DNA from: Salinispira sp.
GTDB taxonomy: Bacteria; Spirochaetota; Spirochaetia; DSM-27196; Salinispiraceae
NCBI GenBank assembly: GCA_965602015.1
Contig: OZ271918.1
Coordinates: forward strand, 96,001 to 160,000
DNA length: 64,000 bases
Direction: 5' to 3'
The stretch's first letter is position 1; each line of letters starts with the position of its first letter. Position numbers and translations under genes: made by a program. The notes under the pieces were generated by a model. It saw only the letters and a program-made list of their open reading frames with translations, searched no databases and was not told the DNA's origin. Below, piece by piece: positions 8,887-19,224 of this stretch.

Positions 8887-10665
8887 TCAGTAAAATATAC
8901 AAAACGGCGGAGCAATGTGGTTTTGAACCTTCCGGCTTATCTCCGTCAAATCCTCGCTCCGTCGCAGATTCGGTTTGAAGCGCAGACTGTAGTGCTCGAG
9001 AATACCGTTAATCTCCTCCCTGGCGGGATGCACATACTCGGCAGTCGGAAGGAAGCTTAGGGAAAAGCGGTCGCGTTTGAGCTTTGAGATTTTAACCGCC
9101 GACGGAAGGTCAATTTTTTGCCTATTGCCGTGGATAAGCTCTATGCCCAGGCCCTGGGGACCCCGATTGAGTATCCAGTTACAGCCCGGCAACAGAAGCA
9201 GCACTTCGTCCCCATCCCCGATGATGTCCGCCGGCCGAAAGCGGAAATTTCGACCGCTGCCGTCGGAGTTGCGGCTTCGAAGATCCACCAGCTCCTGGGC
9301 GGGAAGATCGGCCCAGAGCTCGATCATCTGAGGAATATACGAATCGATTTCATATTCCTCCCGGATCCAGGGATGTTGAATGTAGCTGTCCAGGATGATC
9401 TCTGTCATATCTTCCAGCTGGAGGTAATCGTTTGTTATCCGCCCGGAAATTTGACTTTCAGGTACGGCGAGCTTCAGGGTCTGGCGCAATCCCCGGCCGA
9501 TGGCTGTTTCGAGGGCGAAGGCGCTCTCCACTTCATAACTGGTCTTCCTCGTTTTTCCGGCCCGGCTGAGTATGATACGAGAGGATAGCCCCCCGGAAAA
9601 ACTCAGGTCTCCGGCCCCGTCCTGCAATCGGGTAATGTTGCCTCCGGTAAACCAGACGTTGAGCTCGCCTTCCTTGAGATATGCCTGGCCGAGCATGCTG
9701 CTGGTTACCTCGCGCTGGGGCCGTTTCTCTTCGACTCGCTGGTCAGGGGAGGCGTGCTCGGAAAAAACGCTGGTGGAGATCTCTGCCTTGCGGAGTCTTT
9801 TTGAAAAACTCGCAGGCATGAGCTGGCCTATGAAGGATGGGGTCATTTTTGGTACATCAAAGCGGGGCAGGCCGAAGTGAGGAGCTGGCAGCGATACCAA
9901 TGATTCCTCATTTTGCCCGGTTTTTTCTCCGAATCGGAGGCCGGTAATCCCTCCTCCGGGGACTTCGAACTTCATTCCCCGAGCGGCGAGCATTCCGGGT
10001 ACTTGAAGCACCTGCTCAAAATACTCATCGGATCCCTCGTCGATCAGGATGAGCACCGGAAGCGATGGTGACGGTTTAAGCTGTCTCGCCTCAAGGGCTT
10101 CATTGTAGTGCTGGGTAATGCGGCGTATGGCCGCAAGGATTTTTGCTTCACTGCGCCGGACGTTTATTGTCGAAGGGTTTATATATAATGAGGGAATAAA
10201 CTGCTCTATCTCGGCATCCGCTATAAACATGCATGGGTTGAGGGGGGATGCCCCGGGTATTAGCACCGGTGAAGGACAGTTTGCATAAGCCCGGGCAGCT
10301 GAGGGCCGTTGGGCGTCGTGCCAATGGGGCATAAGCAGGGGTTCGAGGGTGGGGAACTGCCGCCGGGCCAGTTTTATGCTTTCACTGATATCCTTGGTCA
10401 GGTCCCGTTCGCTGAGAATGCCGTGGAATGAATAGTCCAGGCTGTCTATCACAATTCCCAGCCTTCGGGATTCGATAAACGCGGTCATTCGGTGCATCAG
10501 GTCCTGATCAAGGTCCTCAAGAAATGACGCGCTGGTCCGGATTGCGAATGAATGTCCAGAGCCTGCTTCATGATTTGCCAGAACGTCGAGCAAAGCGTTT
10601 ACCCGCGTTCGGGATTTTTTACCGGGATAGAGGGAGTATGCCAGCAGTAGGGTTGTTTCGGCCAT
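8887..10665 (-). CDS. Hypothetical protein, possibly a degenerate GH57-like fold
   Basis: 592-aa ORF with GAGG RBS; weak by-eye resemblance to the GH57 N-terminal barrel and a C-terminal beta-sandwich. Confidence 0.6.
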   Translation of the reverse strand: MAETTLLLAYSLYPGKKSRTRVNALLDVLANHEAGSGHSFAIRTSASFLEDLDQDLMHRMTAFIESRRLGIVIDSLDYSFHGILSERDLTKDISESIKLARRQFPTLEPLLMPHWHDAQRPSAARAYANCPSPVLIPGASPLNPCMFIADAEIEQFIPSLYINPSTINVRRSEAKILAAIRRITQHYNEALEARQLKPSPSLPVLILIDEGSDEYFEQVLQVPGMLAARGMKFEVPGGGITGLRFGEKTGQNEESLVSLPAPHFGLPRFDVPKMTPSFIGQLMPASFSKRLRKAEISTSVFSEHASPDQRVEEKRPQREVTSSMLGQAYLKEGELNVWFTGGNITRLQDGAGDLSFSGGLSSRIILSRAGKTRKTSYEVESAFALETAIGRGLRQTLKLAVPESQISGRITNDYLQLEDMTEIILDSYIQHPWIREEYEIDSYIPQMIELWADLPAQELVDLRSRNSDGSGRNFRFRPADIIGDGDEVLLLLPGCNWILNRGPQGLGIELIHGNRQKIDLPSAVKISKLKRDRFSLSFLPTAEYVHPAREEINGILEHYSLRFKPNLRRSEDLTEISRKVQNHIAPPFCIFY

Positions 10666-10838
10666 GGGTTCCTCAGCTACCGCAGGGTGATCTCTCTCTG
10701 ATTATTTGCGGTTTTACCTTTGTACCATAAAAAATATGAATGGTCAGGATAAATTTTTATTGATGTTTCAGCGAATCTTATGTAATTTATGGTCAATCTT
10801 TGACATTCACAAATCTGTCTCAAAAAAAACTAAGATGA

Positions 10839-12491
<1,653 letters not shown>

Positions 12492-12545
12492 GACCGTCAG
12501 GTACGGTTCACGGCTGCGTTTTCGCATCCGCAAGACAGAAAACCG

Positions 12546-12581
12546 ACCCCGTTCGCCGTTTTACGGCGACGGGGTTTTTTT
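12546..12581 (+). terminator. Intrinsic terminator after groEL
   Basis: ACCCCGT(T)CGCCGT-TTT-ACGGCGACGGGGT followed by a T run. Confidence 0.85.
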
Positions 12582-12636
12582 ATTCCCAATCGCTATAGAA
12601 AATGAGATAAAATGGAATCCGGCGATACTTTTTGAG

Positions 12637-13971
12637 TTGGCGAGCCGTGTTAGCGAAAGACGGGCCGCCTTTCGCTTGGAGCAGAGACTGGTACGATATA
12701 TGCGAACTAATAGCGATTCGACACATGGATTTATATTACCCCGCTACAGTCCCCAGCTGTTTCTGTTGATTCACGCTGTAATGCTGGTACTCTTTCTGGA
12801 GGACGCAGTCCGGGAGGCATTCCTGACCAGCAGTTTTTTCCAGAATCCGGAGAATATTATCGACAGCATCACCGTCGGAGCCCTGTTTGTCCTGCTTACC
12901 CTGGGAATTCGGGGGCGGGGACAGTTGCCGGTGCTCTACGGCTTTTCGTTTTCCATTGCGGGACTCAACGTCATTCTCACCATGGCGGGAGCCGTTGAGC
13001 CGATGCTGCTCCTGGATCTCATGGTCTTGATGGCTCTGAGCCTGGTCACGTCATTTATGGTGCTCCCCTCCATGGGTGTCGGACAGGGTCTTATGTACAG
13101 CATGGTGTTTGCCCTGCAAATTCTGGTGAATTCCGAGAGTCTGAGCTGGATACCCGAAAATATCGTTCAGATTTTAGGTGTGTACACCAGCCTGATCCTG
13201 ATACTCGGATATTTTGCTCACCGGATGAGATCGCTCGAGAGGCAGAACCTGATGGACCGCAACAGGCCTGCCGGAGCCGCCACCAGAATAGGGGGCTCAC
13301 CCCAAAGCACCCTCAGTCTGGTCAGGCCGCTGAGCACAAAAAGCGGCAACGCCGTTGCGGGCTCCCGCAATATCAGGCAAATTCTCGACGAGGCGGACAG
13401 GGGTCTGCGCTTCGGAAGCGACCTCACCGAACTTTTGGTCTCCCACTTTTCCGCCCTCGAGCAGGATATTGCCCAAATGAACCGGGGGATTCAGGTTTTG
13501 GCAAGCTGCGAAGCTCTTCGCGCAAAATCGGGCGATGTCCGGGCGTTTTATCTGGATCGCTTCGCGGCATGGATTCTCCGGGAATATAAAAGAGAGCATC
13601 CTTCTGAGGTTTCCGGCAGAGTACAACTGCGCTGCCCCTCCGATTTGGTCGTCGCGGTAAACCGGGATGTACTGTCCCAGCTGCTTCAGAGTATGTTCGA
13701 TTACCAGCGATTTTCTCCCTACCCCCTCTCGGACGCGGTAGCCGAACTCGAGTTTTTCACTGAAGGTAGCGAACTGGTAATCGCATACCGCCTAATCGGC
13801 GATGAGGCATCGTTTATAACAGCGGGTCCAAGCGGTGACCCCGCCCTTTCCCGGGGGCTCAACTCGGAGCTGATGCTTATCGACTTTATCGTCGAGAGCA
13901 TACTCGGGGGTTCCGTGGAGTACAGCCCCTCGGTAAATGCCCTGCTTCGGCTGCGTTTGCCTTTATATTGA
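12637..13971 (+). CDS. Membrane protein with a degenerate histidine-kinase-like (HATPase) C-terminus
   Basis: About 6 N-terminal TM helices; the C-terminal ...LSQLLQSMFDY...IVESILGGSVEY...LRLRLP matches the HATPase_c layout without the N/G boxes. Start uncertain. Confidence 0.6.
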   Translation: MASRVSERRAAFRLEQRLVRYMRTNSDSTHGFILPRYSPQLFLLIHAVMLVLFLEDAVREAFLTSSFFQNPENIIDSITVGALFVLLTLGIRGRGQLPVLYGFSFSIAGLNVILTMAGAVEPMLLLDLMVLMALSLVTSFMVLPSMGVGQGLMYSMVFALQILVNSESLSWIPENIVQILGVYTSLILILGYFAHRMRSLERQNLMDRNRPAGAATRIGGSPQSTLSLVRPLSTKSGNAVAGSRNIRQILDEADRGLRFGSDLTELLVSHFSALEQDIAQMNRGIQVLASCEALRAKSGDVRAFYLDRFAAWILREYKREHPSEVSGRVQLRCPSDLVVAVNRDVLSQLLQSMFDYQRFSPYPLSDAVAELEFFTEGSELVIAYRLIGDEASFITAGPSGDPALSRGLNSELMLIDFIVESILGGSVEYSPSVNALLRLRLPLY

Positions 13972-13990
13972 TTTGTGATACCTTGAGCTC

Positions 13991-14290
13991 ATGCAAAGAG
14001 AGAATTTCATTTTTACCATAGGTTATAAGGATGACCAGGCCATAGTCGACCGGAAAACCAAGGCGCGCTACCGTAATCTCGACACCATCGGGCTCTACGA
14101 AGCCGGTCTGCTCAAACCTGCGGTAGCGTCCGCAGTTTTCGCCAGCGAACAGGGCGATGCCGCCGAACTGACCCGGCTTATAGAGAGAATGAAGGGCGAC
14201 TTTTCCGAGGACTTCGACGAGCAGCGCCTTCGCCGCATATACGGAATCAGCCGGAATCCCGGGGACGTTTCCCGGGTTCTGCAGGTCTGA
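13991..14290 (+). CDS. Hypothetical protein
   Basis: 99-aa ATG ORF filling the gap between co-oriented genes. Confidence 0.65.
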   Translation: MQRENFIFTIGYKDDQAIVDRKTKARYRNLDTIGLYEAGLLKPAVASAVFASEQGDAAELTRLIERMKGDFSEDFDEQRLRRIYGISRNPGDVSRVLQV

Positions 14291-14390
14291 CTTCCCGGTT
14301 CTCCGGCTGTCCGGCCTAATCCTTGACTGCTGATCGACTACGTGGTATTTTTCCCCAAATCTCAATTCCACACATAAGGATGCAACTACC

Positions 14391-14768
14391 ATGAATTCCC
14401 TATTCCAGACCCTTAACCTGCTGCAAACCGGGGCTCCCGCGGGGGGCAGCGGCCAGCTGATATCTACCCTGGTCATGTTCGGTATGGTGTTCCTGATTTT
14501 CTACTTCCTGATAATCAGACCCCAGAACAAGCGCCAGAAAGAAACCAAGGCAATGCTAGAGCAGCTGAAGAAGGGCGATAAAGTCCAGAGCATCGGCGGC
14601 ATTCGCGGTACCATCAAAACCGTCAAAGAAGACAGCATTTTGGTAACCGTCGACGGCAACACCGACCTCGAATTCGTCCGCAGCGCCATCGCGAACGTCA
14701 TCAAGCCTGAAGAAAAAACCCAGGAAAAAGAAAAAAAAGAAACTAAAAAAGAAAGCGAAGAAAAGTAA
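14391..14768 (+). CDS. yajC: Preprotein translocase subunit YajC
   Basis: FYFLIIRPQNKRQK...LKKGDKV..IGGIRG; upstream of secDF. Confidence 0.96.
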   Translation: MNSLFQTLNLLQTGAPAGGSGQLISTLVMFGMVFLIFYFLIIRPQNKRQKETKAMLEQLKKGDKVQSIGGIRGTIKTVKEDSILVTVDGNTDLEFVRSAIANVIKPEEKTQEKEKKETKKESEEK

Positions 14769-14852
14769 CGCAGAAAACCCGATGACCGCTGTTTTTCCCA
14801 AGAGGATCGCCGTGGTCTTTCTGTGTTTAAATGACTTCGTTCGGAGAATGAA

Positions 14853-16601
14853 ATGATGAACAAACGACTTCGATTTGTCCTTCTTCTCCTGGTGGTCGTC
14901 GTAATGGGACTGCTTTTATATCCGACGGTGAACTGGTACTTCATGGTTCCCGAAGATATTCAGACCATTACCAGCGGCACCCGGGAAGAAATCAAACGAT
15001 ACGCCCAGGCGCAGGCAGCCGCCGATCTGGGTGAATTGACAGCCCTGGTACGCAGCGACAGCGGCACCGAGGTTCCCGAAAACCTCGGCTACACCGTAGA
15101 GCTTGCGCGGGCGAACTATCGCCTGCTCGACCGGGATATGCCTCAAACCTGGACCGTGTCCAATGTTCTCGCCGCTTTCGGAAGCGAGGATGAAGCGGTC
15201 CGGACCATGGAAGATTACTACCGGGAAAGTATCCTTGAGCTCAAGGACCAGAAAAACCGCATCATCAACCTGGGGCTGGACCTGAGCGGAGGCATCAATG
15301 TGGTGCTGGAAGCCGATCTCGACAGTCTGGTCGAGCGCCTCGGCCGACAGCCCAGCGACGCCGAGCTCAACGAAGCCATCGAACTGGCCCTTGAAATCCT
15401 GAACAACCGAATCGACAGCTTCGGGGTAACCGAGCCGGTCATCCGCCGTCAGGAAGGTTCGAACCGGATTGAAATCGAGATTCCCGGCGACAACGACCCC
15501 GAGCGGGTCAACGCCTTCCTCATGGGGGCCGGAAGCCTCAAGCTCCAAATCGTCGACGACGAAGCTACTGCCCAGCTTATTGAGTTTCAGAATAACTTCC
15601 GGGCTCAAAACAACATCGATTGGGACCCCGAGAGGGACGAGATACCTGAGTTCATCGCCGCCGGAACCGCAATTCGCCCCTTCGTGCAGAAGGACGAGTA
15701 CGACATCGACTTCGTCGTTCGCTACATCGTGACCCGGGAAGACAGCAGCAATGTGCTCGACGGAAACTTCATCGAAGAAGCGGCGACGGCTTCCGATCCC
15801 ATTACCGGTCGGCCGACAACCACATTCCGGCTTGACAACGAGGGCGCAGCGCTCTTTCAGCAGCTCTCCGGAGCCAACGTCAACTCCAGCCTTGCCATCG
15901 TCATGGACGGAAAGGTTAGGGCATCGGCTGTCATCAGCGAAGAAATTGCAGGCGGCTCAGTACGGATCACCGGCTTCACCGCCGAAGAATCCCAAAATAT
16001 CGCCAGGGTTCTTCAAACGGCAGCCCTCCCGGTAGATCTGGTCATCGTAAACCAGCAACGGGTCGGCGCAAGCCTCGGTCAGGACGCCGTCGAGGCGGGA
16101 GTCCAGGCCATACTGTTCGGCCTCTTGGCCGTCGCGGTGTTCATGATCGCCTACTACAAAGGCGCGGGAATCATTGCAAACATCGGCCTTGTGATAAACC
16201 TGTTTATCATCGTTTCCCTGCTTTCGGCGTTTAACCTCACCCTGACCCTCACCAGCATCGCCGGTCTTATTCTGACCGTCGGTATGGCCGTGGATGCCAA
16301 TGTGATCATTTTCGAGCGTATAAAAGAAGAATACCGTCTGGGCAAAAGCGCGGTTGCCTCGGTGGCCGCGGGCTACAAAAAAGCCTTCTGGACCATCATG
16401 GACGCCAACCTGACCACCGGTATCGCCGCCGTCCTGCTCTCCTTCCTGGGTACCGGTCCCGTACAGGGCTTTGCGGTAACCCTGAGCGTCGGCATCTTCA
16501 GTTCGGTATTCACCGCGCTCTGGATTACCCGGCTCTTTTTCGCCATCTCCACCGAGGGTCTCGGCCGTGAAAAGCTGAGCATCAGCTGGAGGACCAGATA
16601 A
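14853..16601 (+). CDS. secD: Protein translocase subunit SecD
   Basis: LGLDLSGG, NRIDSFGVTEP, GMAVDANVIIFERIKEE, IMDANLTT. Confidence 0.97.
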   Translation: MMNKRLRFVLLLLVVVVMGLLLYPTVNWYFMVPEDIQTITSGTREEIKRYAQAQAAADLGELTALVRSDSGTEVPENLGYTVELARANYRLLDRDMPQTWTVSNVLAAFGSEDEAVRTMEDYYRESILELKDQKNRIINLGLDLSGGINVVLEADLDSLVERLGRQPSDAELNEAIELALEILNNRIDSFGVTEPVIRRQEGSNRIEIEIPGDNDPERVNAFLMGAGSLKLQIVDDEATAQLIEFQNNFRAQNNIDWDPERDEIPEFIAAGTAIRPFVQKDEYDIDFVVRYIVTREDSSNVLDGNFIEEAATASDPITGRPTTTFRLDNEGAALFQQLSGANVNSSLAIVMDGKVRASAVISEEIAGGSVRITGFTAEESQNIARVLQTAALPVDLVIVNQQRVGASLGQDAVEAGVQAILFGLLAVAVFMIAYYKGAGIIANIGLVINLFIIVSLLSAFNLTLTLTSIAGLILTVGMAVDANVIIFERIKEEYRLGKSAVASVAAGYKKAFWTIMDANLTTGIAAVLLSFLGTGPVQGFAVTLSVGIFSSVFTALWITRLFFAISTEGLGREKLSISWRTR

Positions 16602-17626
16602 TGAAGAAAACCATACAGTTTACCAAACACCGCTTTGTCATGATCGCCCTTTCGCTGGTATTACTTGCCGGCGGTCTGGCGGGAACCCTCGTTCAGGGCG
16701 GATTTAATCTGGGTATCGACTTCCAGGCCGGTTTGAGCCTTCAGGTCGAGCTCGACGGCAGCGGCATCGAAACCGGCGAAGTCCGCGACGCCCTGTCCAC
16801 CTTCGACGGCGTGCAGGTCCAGGAGCTCGGCGACCCCGGTCTGAACCGTTTTTCCGTGCGGCTTCAGGACGACGGGACCGTCGATAACTTTTCCAACGTT
16901 AAACGGGCGGAAATCAGCGATGCCCTCGGCGCGGCCTTTACCGGAGTCGAAATTCTCGGGGAAGATTACGTCGAACCCCGCTTCGCCGCCGATCTGGCGT
17001 TGAACGCGATTCTTCTGGTTAGCGGCGCAATCGCCCTTATTCTGGTGTATCTCTGGATTCGCTTCCGCATTGCCTATGCGGTGAGTTCCATTGCCGCGCT
17101 GGTTCACGACATCGCGTTTATGATTCTGTTCATCGGAACATTCCAGATCGAAGTGAGCTCGGCGACCATCGCCGCGGTGCTGACGATTATGGGTTACTCG
17201 CTGAACGATACCATCGTTATTTTCGACCGTATCCGGGAGAACGAGAAGCTCCTGAGCGAATCATCGTTTATTCAGGTGATCAACGTCTCTATTACTCAGA
17301 GCCTCAGCCGGACCATCATTACATCGCTGACGACCCTTCTGGCGGTCACCGCCATATTCGTCTTCACCACCGGTCAGATTCAGGCCTTTGCCCTGAACAT
17401 GATAGTCGGTGTACTGGTAGGTACCTACTCTTCAATCTTTATCGCCAGCCCGACTCTCATCGCCCTCACCAAGGGCCGGAGGATCAAGGAAAAAGCGAAA
17501 CCGGAAAACGGCATCGCCGCCCCGACATTGGACGGCGGCAGCGCCGAGAGCGAAACCGTTGCCGTGGACAGTTCGGCCATCAGAGAGCAGATCCGTGCGC
17601 AGCGATCGCGGAAGAAGAAAAAGTAA
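16601..17626 (+). CDS. secF: Protein translocase subunit SecF
   Basis: GIDFQAG, ALVHD, GYSLNDTIVIFDRIRE, GTYSSIFIA; TAATG-coupled to secD. Confidence 0.97.
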   Translation: MKKTIQFTKHRFVMIALSLVLLAGGLAGTLVQGGFNLGIDFQAGLSLQVELDGSGIETGEVRDALSTFDGVQVQELGDPGLNRFSVRLQDDGTVDNFSNVKRAEISDALGAAFTGVEILGEDYVEPRFAADLALNAILLVSGAIALILVYLWIRFRIAYAVSSIAALVHDIAFMILFIGTFQIEVSSATIAAVLTIMGYSLNDTIVIFDRIRENEKLLSESSFIQVINVSITQSLSRTIITSLTTLLAVTAIFVFTTGQIQAFALNMIVGVLVGTYSSIFIASPTLIALTKGRRIKEKAKPENGIAAPTLDGGSAESETVAVDSSAIREQIRAQRSRKKKK

Positions 17627-17652
17627 ATGCCGAGCGCTGCATAGCGCCTAGC

Positions 17653-17683
17653 AAAAGGGCCGTCCATATGGGCGGCCTTTTTT
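17653..17683 (+). terminator. Intrinsic terminator after secF
   Basis: GGCCGTCCA-TA-TGGGCGGCC-type hairpin flanked by an A run and a T run. Confidence 0.75.
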
Positions 17684-17732
17684 ATTGCCCCCGCGGCCTC
17701 CCGAGCCTATTTTGTTCGAAAGGAGATATCCA

Positions 17733-18350
17733 ATGCATGAAACCAACCCACACGCCGACTATTACGAAGCCCGGGGCCGGGCACGTGAAAGCCTGGAGCT
17801 GATCACCACCCGGAGAGCCCTGAGGAGAATGCTTCCCGACGAAATCGACCCCATGGCCATCCGCAGAGTCCTGGAAGCCGCCCGATGGGCTCCCAGCTGC
17901 GGCAATAATCAGCCATGGAAATACTATCTCTGTATCGGCGACGATGCTGTTAAGATTCGCGAAGCCCTGGTCGGGGGGAATTACTGGGCCGACCAGGCGC
18001 CAGCCTATCTCGTCGCGGCGGCGGATCCTCAAGACAGCTGTCAGCTCAACGATCAGCGGGAATATGCCATGCTGGACCTGGGTTTCAGCATGCAGAGCCT
18101 TTTTCTCCAGGCACATGCCGAGGGCCTGGTGGCTCATCCCATGGCGGGCTTCAAACCCCAGACGGCCCGGGAAAAGCTCGGAATCGGGGAAAACTATCGA
18201 GTTATGGCAATTGTATCCCTGGCGAAGCCCGGCGGTGACCGGGAGCTTTCCTCGAAGCATGAAGAGCTCGAGGCGGGCATTCAGCCCCGAAAACCCCAGG
18301 AAGACATGCTGTTTAATCCCGAAGTGCTAAAGACCCTGGGCAGTAACTGA
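17733..18350 (+). CDS. Nitroreductase family protein
   Basis: RRALR, AARWAPSCGNNQPW, GLVAHPMAGF; ATG 17733 after AGGAG. Confidence 0.9.
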   Translation: MHETNPHADYYEARGRARESLELITTRRALRRMLPDEIDPMAIRRVLEAARWAPSCGNNQPWKYYLCIGDDAVKIREALVGGNYWADQAPAYLVAAADPQDSCQLNDQREYAMLDLGFSMQSLFLQAHAEGLVAHPMAGFKPQTAREKLGIGENYRVMAIVSLAKPGGDRELSSKHEELEAGIQPRKPQEDMLFNPEVLKTLGSN

Positions 18351-19180
18351 TGACTGAGTCAGCAGTTCTGAACTATCTCCACATCAGCTCACCAGGGGAA
18401 AACAGCCGTCCGGCATTGATTTTTGTTCACGGCCTTTTCGGTTCCGGGGATAACTGGATGACATTGGGCCGCAAGCTGGCTGACAAGCGTCAGGTGTTTC
18501 TCATCGATTTGCCGAATCACGGTGATTCCCCCTGGACTAACTCTGCGGATTACCACCGCGCGGCGCAGCTCCTCGACGCAACCCTGGCCCAGATTGCTTC
18601 TGCCCATCCGGAAATACCGGCGTTTTCCCTGCTGGGGCATTCCATGGGGGGCAAGCTCGTCATGACAACTGCGCTGATATCCGGCAGCCTGCCGGAATGC
18701 GCATCGGGAACCTACCGCATCGACAGGATTGTGGTTGCGGACATCGCGCCTCGGGAGTACAGCCCGGCGCACCATGAGATTTTTGCCGCCATGGCCGCCT
18801 TGCCCCTTGGTGAAATTGCAAGCCGCTCGGATGCCGACAGACATCTGGCACAACGCCTGCCCGACGCCTATCTCAGGGCCTTTCTGCTTAAAAACCTCAG
18901 AAGGGATGAGGCCGGGGACTTTCGTTGGAAACTCAATCTCGACGTGCTAATTTCCGACTATTCCCATATACTTGGGTGGGACGCCGACGGACAATGGACG
19001 AATCCCGTGCTGTTCCTCAAAGGGGAGAAATCGGACTACATCGACTCCGAACGGGACGGCGATGCGATTAACACCCTGTTTCCCGAATCGCGCATCGAAA
19101 CCATTTCCGGCGCGGGTCATTGGCTGCATGCCGAAAAACCCGCTGAGGTGTTGAGTGCGCTGCGCAGTTTTATCGACTAA
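18350..19180 (+). CDS. Alpha/beta hydrolase (YbfF-like esterase)
   Basis: HGLFGSGDNW, DLPNHGDS, GHSMGGK nucleophile elbow, AGHWLHAEKP. Confidence 0.9.
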   Translation: MTESAVLNYLHISSPGENSRPALIFVHGLFGSGDNWMTLGRKLADKRQVFLIDLPNHGDSPWTNSADYHRAAQLLDATLAQIASAHPEIPAFSLLGHSMGGKLVMTTALISGSLPECASGTYRIDRIVVADIAPREYSPAHHEIFAAMAALPLGEIASRSDADRHLAQRLPDAYLRAFLLKNLRRDEAGDFRWKLNLDVLISDYSHILGWDADGQWTNPVLFLKGEKSDYIDSERDGDAINTLFPESRIETISGAGHWLHAEKPAEVLSALRSFID

Positions 19181-19224
19181 ATGCGCCAGAGTTACTCTAT
19201 GGCGATAAATCTGGAGGGCCGGGG

